Origin: Archangium sp.
Lineage (GTDB): Bacteria; Myxococcota; Myxococcia; Myxococcales; Myxococcaceae
Reading direction: 5' to 3'
Length of the DNA: 43,828 nucleotides
Assembly (NCBI GenBank): GCA_031367385.1
Contig: JANLPS010000556.1
Span: 1-43,828 of the forward strand
Part shown: piece after piece, positions 9,305 through 19,900 of the stretch
Numbering within the stretch: position 1 is the first letter of the stretch
Layout: each line of letters opens with the position of its first letter
Notes under the pieces: model-generated
The model's input: the letters and a program-made list of their open reading frames with translations, nothing else
Told to the model about the DNA's origin: nothing
The model's database searches: none
Translations under genes and position numbers: made by a program

Positions 9305-10579
9305 TTAGCGAAGTCTCAAATAGTACAGGCCATCCCACTCCGCGGTGATGATCGACCACGTCGGCGTGACGATGATGGCGAAGCGGCCGAAATACGCTTT
9401 GCCCGACCCGGTCGCCACCGGCGGCGACAGACCGCCATCAGGAGTGAAGGTGGTCCACACCCACGGGTCGCCACCTTCGTAGGGGTTCGCGCCAGGCGTG
9501 AGATACCAAAGGGTCTTCTCGCCGTTGGGCCACACGATGAAGTGCTGAGCGACGGGGTCCCAGGCGAGGGCAGGCTGATAGATCGTCGCGCCGGGGCCGG
9601 TGCCAGTCGTGGCCGGCAAATAGGCGCTCTGTGTCGGCGTGCCGCGGAGGTCGCGCACCGCCACTTTGCCCTCGGTTCTATCGACCCACACGAGCAGCTT
9701 CGAGGTTGGGTGAAACGCTCCGCCTCCGGCTTCGCCATGCCCGCCGGTCACTTCAGTGCTCACCCACTTCGTCGCGCCGCGGGTGCGCTTCGCGACCCAG
9801 GTGGGCACCGCCTTGCCAACCGCCCACACGGTGCCGTCAGTGGGGTCGATGACGGCCATGACGTTGTCGGCGAAGTTGCCGCTGGTCACCAACCCTTCGT
9901 CGACCGAGTACCAAGGCTGCCCAGCAGGGTCGACCTCGAACCTGAAGATGTCAGACCCGCCGAAGCTGTTCGCGAGGTTGTACATCGCAGCGACCGGCAC
10001 TCGAATCATCTCGTTGGTGACCGCATCGAAGACCACGCCGTCGTACGTGTGCACGCTGACCGGGTTGCCGTTGGCGTCGCGTGGCACGTTGAGCGGCGGT
10101 GGCTCGGTGGCTGCGCGAACGACAGACCAGACCGGCGTTTCAGATTCGAGCGGGCCATAGGCCTCGACCGAGTTCGACGAAGAATCGGAGTGGCCACCGC
10201 CGTGGCCGATGATGAACGTGCCTGGCACGAAGGCACCCTCGCGGAACACGCCGACCGTGTTCACGCAGCCACCCGACCACGCGTACCTCGGTGAGTTCAT
10301 GCCGTAGTAGCTGCTGTTCGGCGCCTTGGCCCATTCAGCGGCCGCCGACATCCACGATGGAGCGGGGCCTCCCGGCAGCGGACCTGCGTCTGGGGCCGGT
10401 AACCCTGCGTCTCGCGCCGACAACCCTGCGTCTGACGTCTCGATGAGGCCGGCGTCGACCGTCGGCTGGCCTGAATCACCGGCGCGCATCGACGCGTCGC
10501 TCGTGCCTCCACTGCCGACCGAGCCCGTGCAGCCCCACGTCAACAGCGTCGCCAAGACGAGTGGGAGAGAGACACGCAT
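9305..10579 (-). CDS. Hypothetical lipoprotein, probable beta-propeller
   Basis: ATG 10579 (MRVSLPLVLATLLTWGC), DAG-repeat linker, Trp/Gly-rich blade-like repeats (GGGH, HTYDG, WDP). Confidence 0.65.
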   Translation of the reverse strand: MRVSLPLVLATLLTWGCTGSVGSGGTSDASMRAGDSGQPTVDAGLIETSDAGLSARDAGLPAPDAGPLPGGPAPSWMSAAAEWAKAPNSSYYGMNSPRYAWSGGCVNTVGVFREGAFVPGTFIIGHGGGHSDSSSNSVEAYGPLESETPVWSVVRAATEPPPLNVPRDANGNPVSVHTYDGVVFDAVTNEMIRVPVAAMYNLANSFGGSDIFRFEVDPAGQPWYSVDEGLVTSGNFADNVMAVIDPTDGTVWAVGKAVPTWVAKRTRGATKWVSTEVTGGHGEAGGGAFHPTSKLLVWVDRTEGKVAVRDLRGTPTQSAYLPATTGTGPGATIYQPALAWDPVAQHFIVWPNGEKTLWYLTPGANPYEGGDPWVWTTFTPDGGLSPPVATGSGKAYFGRFAIIVTPTWSIITAEWDGLYYLRLR

Positions 10580-10723
10580 TCTCACGAGAACGTAACACAC
10601 GGGTGCGGGTTGCTCCCGACGCGTCTCTTGGGGCAGACCAGATGTCGACGCTGTCGCTTTCGGCGAAGACATCTGGCGCCCCGGGTAAGACCACCGAGGG
10701 TCGTTTCCGCTAGAGCCACACCT

Positions 10724-12001
10724 ATGTTCGCTCGAACGACTCTGGTGTTCTTGCTTTGCGGCTGCGGAGTCGACCTCGCCACCGCCGGGAGCGCTGAATC
10801 GGCCGAGAACGACGAGGTGCTTGCCGAAGTCGGGGCCTGCTTGCCTCCGCGCCAAGCGCGAACGGTGGGTGGCACCCCCGAGGCGCGCCGCGCGATTGAA
10901 GCGGTGATGAGCGCTCGACCGCTCGCAGGTGTGTCGGTGGGCGTCGCCCGGGGCACCAAGGTTTTGTGGCTCGAAGGCTTCGGGGTCGCTGATCCCTTCA
11001 CTGGGCGCAAAGCCACCGCCCAAACGCCATTCGCGATTGCCTCGGTCACCAAGACGGTCGTGGCCGCGGCAGCCTTGCAGTTGGCTGAGCAAGGTCGGCT
11101 CGATCTCGACGCCGACGTGGCGACCTTGAGCCCAGCGCTCAAGAACGTGCGGAACCCCCATTTCCCCACTGTTGCAATCACTCCGCGCATGTTGCTGACG
11201 CACACCTCGACTCTGTTCGACGTGCCGTTCACCTACGACGCGACCTATGCGACGCACCTCGACGCGCCGACTCCGATGAAGCGCTTCGTCGAGGGGTATT
11301 CCACGCCCGGGAGCCGATACTTCGGCGGCTCAGACATGTGGTGGCCGACCGCAGCCCCTGGCGCCTTCTCGTGCTACTCGAACATGGGGCTCGGCACGCT
11401 GGGCGTGGTGGTCGAGGAGGTCTCCGGCCGGTCGCTCGCCGACTCCGTGACCGCCAACCTGTTTCGCCCGCTGGGCATGGGCTCGACCTCGTTTCGCCTC
11501 CGCGATTACTGCGAAGACACCCTGGCCCGCGGGGTGACGCCGAACGCCTCTGGAGGTTTCGAGTACGACAACCTCGGCGCGCGTCAGGGGCAACCCGAGG
11601 GCCACCCAGAGCTCGCCTCGGGCATGCTCAAGGCCTCAGCGAGCGACCTGCTGCGATTCTCGATGATGGTTGGTGCTGGTGGCCAGCTGAATACTCGCCG
11701 CGTGCTGGCTGCGCAGACCGTCGAGCTGATGCTTCACCGCCAGTTGAAGGCTGATACCCAGACCTGCGGTGACGGGCGCTCAGACCCCGGTCAACAAGCG
11801 CTTGGGTTCACCCACATGCCCGATGCCACGGGTCGTGACTGGGTGGGGCACTACGGGGGCATGAATGGCTTCACCGCCTCGATGTGGTTCGAGCCCCGCG
11901 ACGACGGGCTGCGCTACGTCGTTCTGATGAACCAGCTCGACCTCGAATCGATGAATCGCATCGAGGTGGCGGTGCTCTCGGCCTTTCTGCCAGCTCCGTA
12001 A
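10724..12001 (+). CDS. Serine hydrolase, beta-lactamase/AmpC-like family, lipoprotein
   Basis: F.IASVTK (SxxK), LLTHTS, YSN, GHYGG; LCGC lipobox. Confidence 0.9.
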   Translation: MFARTTLVFLLCGCGVDLATAGSAESAENDEVLAEVGACLPPRQARTVGGTPEARRAIEAVMSARPLAGVSVGVARGTKVLWLEGFGVADPFTGRKATAQTPFAIASVTKTVVAAAALQLAEQGRLDLDADVATLSPALKNVRNPHFPTVAITPRMLLTHTSTLFDVPFTYDATYATHLDAPTPMKRFVEGYSTPGSRYFGGSDMWWPTAAPGAFSCYSNMGLGTLGVVVEEVSGRSLADSVTANLFRPLGMGSTSFRLRDYCEDTLARGVTPNASGGFEYDNLGARQGQPEGHPELASGMLKASASDLLRFSMMVGAGGQLNTRRVLAAQTVELMLHRQLKADTQTCGDGRSDPGQQALGFTHMPDATGRDWVGHYGGMNGFTASMWFEPRDDGLRYVVLMNQLDLESMNRIEVAVLSAFLPAP

Positions 12002-12098
12002 CGCACTCGACCTCGACTGCAAGTGGCAGTGAGCTCGATTGGGGTATTGCCGCGGTTACAAGAGTCGCCCACCGAAACCGCCGTGGTAGAAGCTGATC

Positions 12099-13037
12099 GT
12101 GCTCATGTGGGTCGTACCCTTCCTGCTCGCGACCCAAAGCGCCGAACTCTGCATTGACGCTGAAATCGATCCGGCGACCTCGGCTCCGGTGGTGTCGTTG
12201 CACGACCTGGTGCCCGCATTGCGAGCGCGTTTGGCGGGCAAAGCGATGGAGGCGTCGGCATGCACTTCGAGCAGCGCGCTGTGGCAGGCTCATGTGCAGC
12301 GCGCGAGCCCGCAGACACTGCGGTTGGCGCTCGTCGGCCCTGAGAGTGCCTTTGAGCTCGAGCTCTCAGAGACCGGCCTCTCGAGCGGGCAGGTCATCGA
12401 GCAGATCGCCCTCAAGGTGGCCGAGGCCGTGCGCCCGACCCGCGACGTGCCGTTCATCGAGCCGCCCTTGGTCGTCGTGGTTCCCTCCGTGGCCGTTGCA
12501 GCGCCTCCTGTCGAACGTCGCTCCTCGATACCGCTCGACGTCGAGCTCCTCGCGTTTGGCACCGTCGGTATACCCTTCGCTGGGCCGGCCGGAGGCGGGC
12601 AGCTCGCGCTCGCGCTTAGGGTCGGCACCTTCAGAGTCAGCGCGGCGGCAGGCGGCGTCGCTCCCACCCGGCGTAGCGCGCTCGGCGTGACGCTCTCGAG
12701 CGCGCGCATCGACTTCGGCATCGGAGCCGATTGGCTCGTCTCGCTCTTCGAGCTCGGCCTTCGACTCACTGGCCGCCGTGTGCTCGTGCAGGCGGCGAGC
12801 ACCAGCATTGCCCTCACCAGTGCCCGACAAGACTATTGGGCAGCCACAGGCGCCCTTCGGGCCTCGATTTGGCCGCTTCGCTGGAGTCACTTCGCCCTTG
12901 GCGCGGCGCTCGAGGCCAACTTCGTCTGGGCACCGCGCTCGTTTTCAGTCAACGGCGCCCCGGCCTTCGCGCAGTCGTTCTTCGAGGGTGCGCTGTACAT
13001 CGGCGCCCGCTTCACTCCATCAGGCCCCGACGCATGA
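12099..13037 (+). CDS. Hypothetical exported protein with beta-barrel-like C-terminus (ECF operon)
   Basis: Signal-like N-terminus, Pro/Val linker, amphipathic beta strands ending YIGARF; ATGA overlap with the sigma gene. Confidence 0.6.
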   Translation: MLMWVVPFLLATQSAELCIDAEIDPATSAPVVSLHDLVPALRARLAGKAMEASACTSSSALWQAHVQRASPQTLRLALVGPESAFELELSETGLSSGQVIEQIALKVAEAVRPTRDVPFIEPPLVVVVPSVAVAAPPVERRSSIPLDVELLAFGTVGIPFAGPAGGGQLALALRVGTFRVSAAAGGVAPTRRSALGVTLSSARIDFGIGADWLVSLFELGLRLTGRRVLVQAASTSIALTSARQDYWAATGALRASIWPLRWSHFALGAALEANFVWAPRSFSVNGAPAFAQSFFEGALYIGARFTPSGPDA

Positions 13038-13609
13038 ACGAGCCCAGCGACTACGAGCTCGTCACCCGGGCGCTGAAGAACGACCCGCGCGCGTTCGATC
13101 TTTTGTACCTCCGTTACGCCCCAGCGATCGGCCGCCGCCTGCGACGGCTCGTCTTTCAAGACGAAGACGCCGAAGACCTGATGCAGGCGACCTTCTTCGA
13201 AGCCCACAATGGCCTTGCTCGGTTTCGGGCTGACGCGAGCTTCGAGGGGTGGCTGTACGCGATCGCGTTTCGGCTGGTCGGCAACTACATCAAGGCGTCG
13301 CGGCGAAAGTGGTGGCACATTTCCTCTCCTGGCCCGACAGTCGACGACACTGCCATGGGAGGTACGGGCGTTGACGACCAAGCCGCGAGCCGTCAGCGAA
13401 TCTCAAAGCTTTACCGGGCGCTCGATGAGCTCACACCCCCCAAACGCATCGCTTTCGTGCTTCACGAGTTTGAAGGTCTCGATCTCACGGAAATAGGACG
13501 TCTGATGGGCGCCACGCCGCAAACCACGTGGGCGCGGGTCGAAAGTGCTCGCAAGATTCTGCGAGAAAAGCTCGGCGACGATGACGGGCCAAAGGGCCTC
13601 GGCACATGA
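13034..13609 (+). CDS. ECF RNA polymerase sigma factor
   Basis: DAEDLMQATF, FEGWLYAIA, region 4 (AFVLHEFEGLDLTEIG..ARVESAR). Confidence 0.92.
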   Translation: MNEPSDYELVTRALKNDPRAFDLLYLRYAPAIGRRLRRLVFQDEDAEDLMQATFFEAHNGLARFRADASFEGWLYAIAFRLVGNYIKASRRKWWHISSPGPTVDDTAMGGTGVDDQAASRQRISKLYRALDELTPPKRIAFVLHEFEGLDLTEIGRLMGATPQTTWARVESARKILREKLGDDDGPKGLGT

Positions 13610-15294
13610 AGTCAGACCACTCCCATACGCTCCGAGCGCTGGTTGATGAGGCGACCGCGGCGAAGCCCGACCTGGCGCCCGAGAAGATCGATCAGGTGTT
13701 GGGCCGGGTGAGGCGCCAACTCGCCGACGCTGAAGCCACGTCGAGACCGGTGCTCTGGCGCCGCCCGGTGCTGGCCCTTGCAACCCTGGTGGTCGTGGCG
13801 GGAGCCGCCCTCTGGTACGCGAAGAATCGGGCCGCGGTCGACCCGCCGACCCCACTGGCTGCTGCGACCCCACCAGTGCGGGTACAGAAGATCGAAGGGG
13901 CGTACCGCTTGGGCCAAACGCCAACGGCGCTCGCAACCCTCGCGACCTTGTCGAATGAGATCGTTCTCGAGCTGGCCGCTGGCAGCCATGCACAGCTCGA
14001 CGTCGAGAAGACAGCTTCGGTGGCGCTGGTCGGCCCGGCTGAGCTCACGAATGGCAGAATCGTTCGACTGATGTCTGGGCGGGCTTCGTTCAGCGTGAAG
14101 AAACAACCCCCTGGCAGCGAGTTCGCGGTGCTCGCGGGCGATACGACGGTCGTCGTTCACGGCACCCGCTTCGCGCTCGCCGTCGATCACGGGCAATTGA
14201 TGGGTCTTCGCGTGACGGAGGGGCTCGTCGAGCTCCGCGGGCCGCGATTTTCTGGCGGGGTGCAAGTACCGGCGGGCGATCAATGGGGCGAGCCGCTGAC
14301 CGAAATCGAGCCCATCATCGAAGCCCCGGCGGGGCCTTCAACCGGGGGCATCGACCTCGCGACGAGCCCGTCTGGTGCATCGCTGTCGATCGACGGGGTC
14401 GCGTACGGGCAGGCCCCTCTCTGGCTCCGGGTCGAGCGCGGCCAGCACGAGGTCGAAGCGAAGCTCGCTGGCTACCTCGTCGCGCGTGCTCAGGTCACCG
14501 TCGAGGCAGACCGGGTCGAAATCAGTCGCCTGATTCTCGAAAAAGCCGCACCGATCGCAGTCGAGCCCCAATCACAGAGCCCCGCGCTGCCCGAGCCGAC
14601 GGCTCCTGCGGCCCGCGTACCGCCCGACTTTTTGCAATTGGCGGAGCGTGCGCTGCGATTGGGCAAGTGCACAGAGATCGATCATCTCGTGGCGATTGAA
14701 CGAAAAAGAAACCCAGGTGGGTACGACCGCATTGCCACGCTTCAAGCAGAGTGCGCGCTGCGCGGAGGCCAGCCTCGTGTCGCGCTCGAAGTCTACAAGG
14801 GCATCGCGGCCAACGGCGCGGGTGGAGCCGAAGCCGCGCAGTTCGAAGTCGGTAAGCTGCTGGCCGACCTCGACGATCATGACGGCGCGCTTCGAGCGCT
14901 CGACCTTTACCTGGCAAGATACAAACGCGGTCGCTTCGAGTCAGAGGCCGCTTTTCGGCGCTGCGAAGCCTTCATCGCGCTCACGCTGCCCGCCGACGCG
15001 CGCTTCTGTTTGGAGGCCTTTCTCGCCGCAAAGCCCGAAGCGCCTCGGCGGCAAGAAGCGTTGTTCGACTTGGCGACCATCGAGCGAACCGATCACCGCT
15101 GGGCCGAGGCGGCGAAGCACTATGAGGCGTACCTCAAGAACGCCCAGGGGCCCCGCGCAGAAGAGGCCCTCTTTCAGTTGGCCCGCTGCCGAAAGAACGG
15201 CTCGCTGCCTGGTGTGAGCGACGCCATCGACGAGGCGCTTCGCCGCTTTCCACACGGGGCGCATGTCGATGAGCTCGAGAAGCTCAGGCAATGA
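13606..15294 (+). CDS. FecR-PEGA-TPR putative anti-sigma factor
   Basis: One TM helix, FecR motif VVVHGTRF.V...VTEGLV, PEGA (TSPSGASLSIDG..G.H.V...GY), C-terminal TPR-like helices; ATGA-coupled to the sigma gene. Confidence 0.85.
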   Translation: MKSDHSHTLRALVDEATAAKPDLAPEKIDQVLGRVRRQLADAEATSRPVLWRRPVLALATLVVVAGAALWYAKNRAAVDPPTPLAAATPPVRVQKIEGAYRLGQTPTALATLATLSNEIVLELAAGSHAQLDVEKTASVALVGPAELTNGRIVRLMSGRASFSVKKQPPGSEFAVLAGDTTVVVHGTRFALAVDHGQLMGLRVTEGLVELRGPRFSGGVQVPAGDQWGEPLTEIEPIIEAPAGPSTGGIDLATSPSGASLSIDGVAYGQAPLWLRVERGQHEVEAKLAGYLVARAQVTVEADRVEISRLILEKAAPIAVEPQSQSPALPEPTAPAARVPPDFLQLAERALRLGKCTEIDHLVAIERKRNPGGYDRIATLQAECALRGGQPRVALEVYKGIAANGAGGAEAAQFEVGKLLADLDDHDGALRALDLYLARYKRGRFESEAAFRRCEAFIALTLPADARFCLEAFLAAKPEAPRRQEALFDLATIERTDHRWAEAAKHYEAYLKNAQGPRAEEALFQLARCRKNGSLPGVSDAIDEALRRFPHGAHVDELEKLRQ

Positions 15295-16820
15295 CCGCGA
15301 CGAGACGAGCCGTTCAGGGCTGCGTTGTCAGTCTCTGCCTGGTCGTCTTGGCGATGCGCTGCTCCGTCGCGGTCGAGCTCTCGGCCTGCTGGCCCGACAC
15401 GTGCGCCGAACCGTCAGTCGACGCCGGCCCGGTCTGTGTACCCACGGGCGCGGTCGAGCGCTGTGACGGCCTCGACAACGACTGCAACGGCCACACCGAT
15501 GAAGGCGTCTGCGGCACGTGCGCGTGTACCAGTTGGGCGTCGGTGGTGGCGCTGCCCGCGCCAGTAGGGCCTGCCGCAGACACGACCGGTGCGGCGCACA
15601 GAATCGGCTTCGATGGTCAAGACACCCTTGGCATTGCCCGCCAGCTCACCTTGCCCTTCTCGTCAGTCTGGTTTGGTCGGCGGCAGGTCGACGGAGGCAC
15701 CATCGGCAACGACCGCGTGCTCTCGAGCACCGGAGGCGTGTCGCAGCTCATCGACACCGTCTGGTCGGGCACCCACTGGGTCTCGGCGTGGGTTGCGAAC
15801 GACAGCACCCTCGTGTTGAACGTCGTCACGCCCAACGGCACCGAGTTGGTGAGCAGTAACGGCTCGCCCGGCATTGAGCTCACAGCCATCGCCGCCATCA
15901 ACGACGACATCTACGGGGGTTCGGAGACCGGTACCTCGGCCTCGGTGCAGCGCATCACCACTGCTTTCGCGTTGGCCGGCCCGGCAGCGAAGTTCGACCA
16001 CCTCGCACACCTGGTCGCGATGCGAGCCGTGGGAGATGCCGTGGTGGCGGTCGGCACTGACACGTCGGGGGGCATGTACTCGGCGGTCGTTCGCGGCGAT
16101 GCGTTGGTCTCCGAAGACGAGCTGCTGCCAGCCCACACCGCTGCCAGTGCCCCCGCTTCCATCGCCTCCGATGGAGCCGTGGCGATGGTCTGTTGGGGTG
16201 CGACCGAGGGCATCTGGTGTCGCCCTCTGTCGATGCTCAGCGGCAGACCCGCGATACCAGCGTTCTTGGTGTCGGCCGATCAATCGGTCTCATGGGCCAT
16301 GGCGAGGGCGTCGTGCGATTTCATCTTGCTGACCGGGCACCAGCTCGGAGCCGGAGCGGTCGGGTATTCCCGCGCGCGACATTTCAACGCTCAGGGCCAG
16401 GTCGATGCGCTGGTCGCAACGGTCGATTCGCAGTGGGTTCAGCCCCGGCCCTCGGTGCGATTGCTCACCGCCGCCGACGGTCGCTTGATTCGGGTGACCG
16501 AGCAGAGTGATGGCGACGGGGTCGTCGTCTCGAGCTTGTCATGCGATCTGCCACCAGCGGCAACCGACTGCTCGACGGTCGTTGCGGCGGCGTGTGACAT
16601 CGCCTGTACCCCGTGCCCTCAAGCGCTTCCTGGCTGCCTGCTGAGCCAAGGCAGTGGCGTCAGCAGGGGCTTTGATCGAGCTGCGTGCGATTCGAAGATT
16701 CAGATGACCATCGATTGCTCGGTCATCAACCTCGAGAAGTGCCAGCTTGCGATGCAGAAGCCTGCGAGCTGTTCGGCCAAGGGTTGGCTGGTTCCCTCCG
16801 AGTGCGTCGCGCCTCGGTAG
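15291..16820 (+). CDS. Cys-rich exported/lipoprotein with ExCDGLDNDCNG putative metal-binding motif
   Basis: Hydrophobic N-terminus with Cys; ERCDGLDNDCNGHTDE; propeller-like middle; Cys-rich tail; ATGA-coupled. Confidence 0.7.
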   Translation: MTATRRAVQGCVVSLCLVVLAMRCSVAVELSACWPDTCAEPSVDAGPVCVPTGAVERCDGLDNDCNGHTDEGVCGTCACTSWASVVALPAPVGPAADTTGAAHRIGFDGQDTLGIARQLTLPFSSVWFGRRQVDGGTIGNDRVLSSTGGVSQLIDTVWSGTHWVSAWVANDSTLVLNVVTPNGTELVSSNGSPGIELTAIAAINDDIYGGSETGTSASVQRITTAFALAGPAAKFDHLAHLVAMRAVGDAVVAVGTDTSGGMYSAVVRGDALVSEDELLPAHTAASAPASIASDGAVAMVCWGATEGIWCRPLSMLSGRPAIPAFLVSADQSVSWAMARASCDFILLTGHQLGAGAVGYSRARHFNAQGQVDALVATVDSQWVQPRPSVRLLTAADGRLIRVTEQSDGDGVVVSSLSCDLPPAATDCSTVVAAACDIACTPCPQALPGCLLSQGSGVSRGFDRAACDSKIQMTIDCSVINLEKCQLAMQKPASCSAKGWLVPSECVAPR

Positions 16821-16829
16821 CTCCAGGGC

Positions 16830-16918
16830 TATTTCCACCACGCGTTGATTTACAAATTGCTTTCGCGAGCGCTGAAGCGGCCTCGCGACGTTTTGAAAAT
16901 CAGCACGCGCGGGAAATA
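16830..16918 (+). promoter_or_regulatory. Long imperfect stem-loop in the Rhs leader
   Basis: Nested pairings TATTTCC/GGAAATA, GTTGATT/AATCAGC, TCGCGAG/CTCGCGA, CGC-TGAA-GCG; inner stem followed by CGTTTT. Confidence 0.45.
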
Positions 16919-16960
16919 CATACATCGCCCCACTCGATCGCCGTCGCCCCGAAAGAAAAC

Positions 16961-19900
16961 ATGAGAGCCCACTCCACGCACCACCAGAGACGCATTGCGC
17001 CTCGACGCAGCCGCACGCCCCTCTTCTCGAGTGGTTTTTGGTCTCGTCTCTTGGTGACCGCGCTCCTCGCAGCCGCGGCCTCGGCTTCGGCGGGGTCGAC
17101 CATCGTCGACAATGACGCAGCGTACCCCGCCTTCTGGTCGTCGGGCCCGTGGTCGCCGAGCACACAAGGCTCGACCTTTCAGGGCACGAATCACCTCGTG
17201 GCGACGAGCCCGAGCACCGGGGCCATCGACAACACAACGGCGAGCTTCAGCACGACTGGCACCTGGGTCGTCGACACCGCACTCAGTGGGTACTACGGCT
17301 CGAACTACGCGCGCGGCACCACGACCGGCAACAGCTTCCACATCCCAGAAATCGTGGTCGACAACACCACGAACGGAGCCGGCGGAGGGCAGCTCAACTT
17401 CTCGGGCGGCGGCTGGTCGGTTGCGACCACCCCGACCGGCTACTACGGCCGCGACTTCGCCTACTTTCAACCGAACGTCTCGACCTCGTCGAAGAGGGCG
17501 GTCTATTCATTCATGCTGCGAATGCCGGGTAATTCTGCCGGCACCTTTCCGATGAATGTCTTTGCGCATTGGCCAGCCGACCCGGCCAACGCGTCGAACG
17601 CGGTGGTTCGCATTTACAGCGGAGACTACCTGGTGAGCCGTGACCCATCATTTCTCGTCGCGAGCTACACGTTGAATCAACGGGTGGCCTCCGGCACGTG
17701 GTTCAGCTTGGGAACACTGAACCTGGGCACCTCTCGCACCTACTATGTCGAGTTTGATGCATCGCTGGCGAACGGCCGCGTCATCGCTGATGCCATTCGT
17801 CTCACCTCGGCCGACACCACCCCTGCAACGGTCGCAAAATGGCTGCTCCCGAGTGGCTCGGGCCTCTATGACGTGTACGCCCGAAACCCGGCCAACCCCT
17901 CATTGGCTTGGCAGGTCGCTTGGACCCTCGTCGGAGGCAATGGCGCCGAGTACCCGATCGACGGCGACACCAACTCGCAGCGGGTCAATTCAGGTGTGTG
18001 GAAGAAGCTGGGGTCGATTGACCTGACTGGCACCCAGTCAAACTACGTACAGCTCGAGCTCTTCGGTGGAGGCGTGCAGACGGGCGTCGCCGACGCCGTG
18101 CTCGCTGTACCCACCGGCACTTTCCCCATTGCCAAGTGGCAAGCTCCCGTCGTCGGAGATGCAGACCTTTGGGCGTCATGGTCGGCAGCGACCGGCCGCA
18201 ACCCCGCGGTCTCCTATACCGTCACCTCGTACCCGGCGGGTTGCAGCGCGACCACCACGCTGATCACCGTCGACCAGACGAAGCCACCACCCAGTGGCGG
18301 TTTGTACCTTGGCCGGTTCAGCTCGACGCCCCCGTGCGTGCCGGTGTCGGTCACCTTGACGACCGGGGTGTTGAATGGCGGGGTCATGTCAGCCGACGCC
18401 GTCACGTTCACGCAGCCTCCGGTGCTCGCAGCACTCACCGCAACCCCAGACGCGGTGGCGATCGCAAGCCCCCTGACGACTGGCTCGAGCGTGCTGGAGT
18501 GGGCCTCGCCGGTGCCAGCGCTGCTCACCAAGAAGTGCGGCACGGCAGCCGAGACCAGCGTCTCGACCGGCCTCGCGCTCAGCGGCCGTCAGACAGTCTC
18601 TGCGTTGCCGATCGGCACCTGCACCTTCTCGCTCCGAGCTGGAGGGACCGCGGGCATGCCGATCGCCACGGCGCAAGTACAGGTGCTGAGCGTCGGGTTA
18701 ACAGCCACCCCGAACCCGGTGATTCTTGCACCCGCCGCGTTGACCGGCACGACCTCGATCACATGGGCCGCCACCGCTGAGGTCGACATTTTCGCCGACT
18801 GCGGCACCGGCGCGACCACCATCGTCTCCGGTGTGGGCGGCGGCACGCAACAGTTCGGCTCCGTGCCCCGCGGAGGCAGCTGCGATCTGGTGATGCGCCT
18901 CAACACGTTCAACCCGAGCATCGTCGGGCCGCAGGCCCCAGGGCCGATTCTGGCGACGCTCACAGTGACAGGCGCTGCGGCTGCAGTGCCTCTGCCAGCC
19001 CCGCCGGTCAACACCGCTCCCGTGATTGACCTCGAATACGACGCCGAGGGCAACTCCACCAAAGTCATCGAGGCCAAGGGCGTCGCGAACTTCAACCTGA
19101 CGACCGCCGCCACGTACGACTCGCTCAACCGCGCAAAAGTCGTCACCGACGCGAAGTCGGCGGCGATGACGTGGGGGTACGACGGCGCCGACCGAACGAC
19201 CCAGCTGAGCGACCCCAAAAACCTGCTCACCGCGTACTTGCGCAACGGGCTGGGCCAAATTTCACCGCAGCTCAGCCCAGACACTGGAGTCAATGCCCGC
19301 ACCTACGACGCCGCAGGCAACCTCTTGACCCGCACCGATGGTCGCGGCGTCGTGACAACCTACGCCTACGACGCCCTCAGCCGGCTCACCAAGGTCTCGT
19401 TCGCCGCGCCAACAGGCAGTGAGACGATGAACTTCACCTACGACGAGACCGGGCCCGACTTTCTCAATGGCATCGGCCAGCTGACGAGCGCCACGTACGC
19501 CAGCGGGTCGAGCCGTTTCTCGTACGACGCGAATGGTCGCCTGCTGTCAGAGACCCAAATACTTGTGCCGGTCAGTAGGACGTACCCCATCACGATTACG
19601 TCGAAGACGGCCTACACATACGACGGTGCCGGCAACGTGACCTCCATCACCTACCCCTCGGGTACGCGAGTCGACTTTTCGCTCGTGGGCGGCCTCCCAT
19701 CACAGCTCTCCGTGAGCAAGGGTGCTGCTGGGCCGCGGGTCGTGATGTCGTCGATCACCTGGCAGCCCCTTGCCGGCCTGAAGAGTTGGAAGACGCACTA
19801 CGCCAACGGCACTCCGTTGCAGGAGCGGGTGTACGACTCCAGCGGTCGACAGGTGCGTTACCAGCTGGGCAATGCGATTCGCGACTTAAGCTACGACGCT

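Noticed and set aside
10380..10500. Short DNA repeats (AACCCTGCGTCT twice)
   Set aside because: They encode the low-complexity DAG linker of a lipoprotein.
16830..16918. Integron attC site
   Set aside because: No RYYYAAC/GTTRRRY ends, no second site, no integrase.
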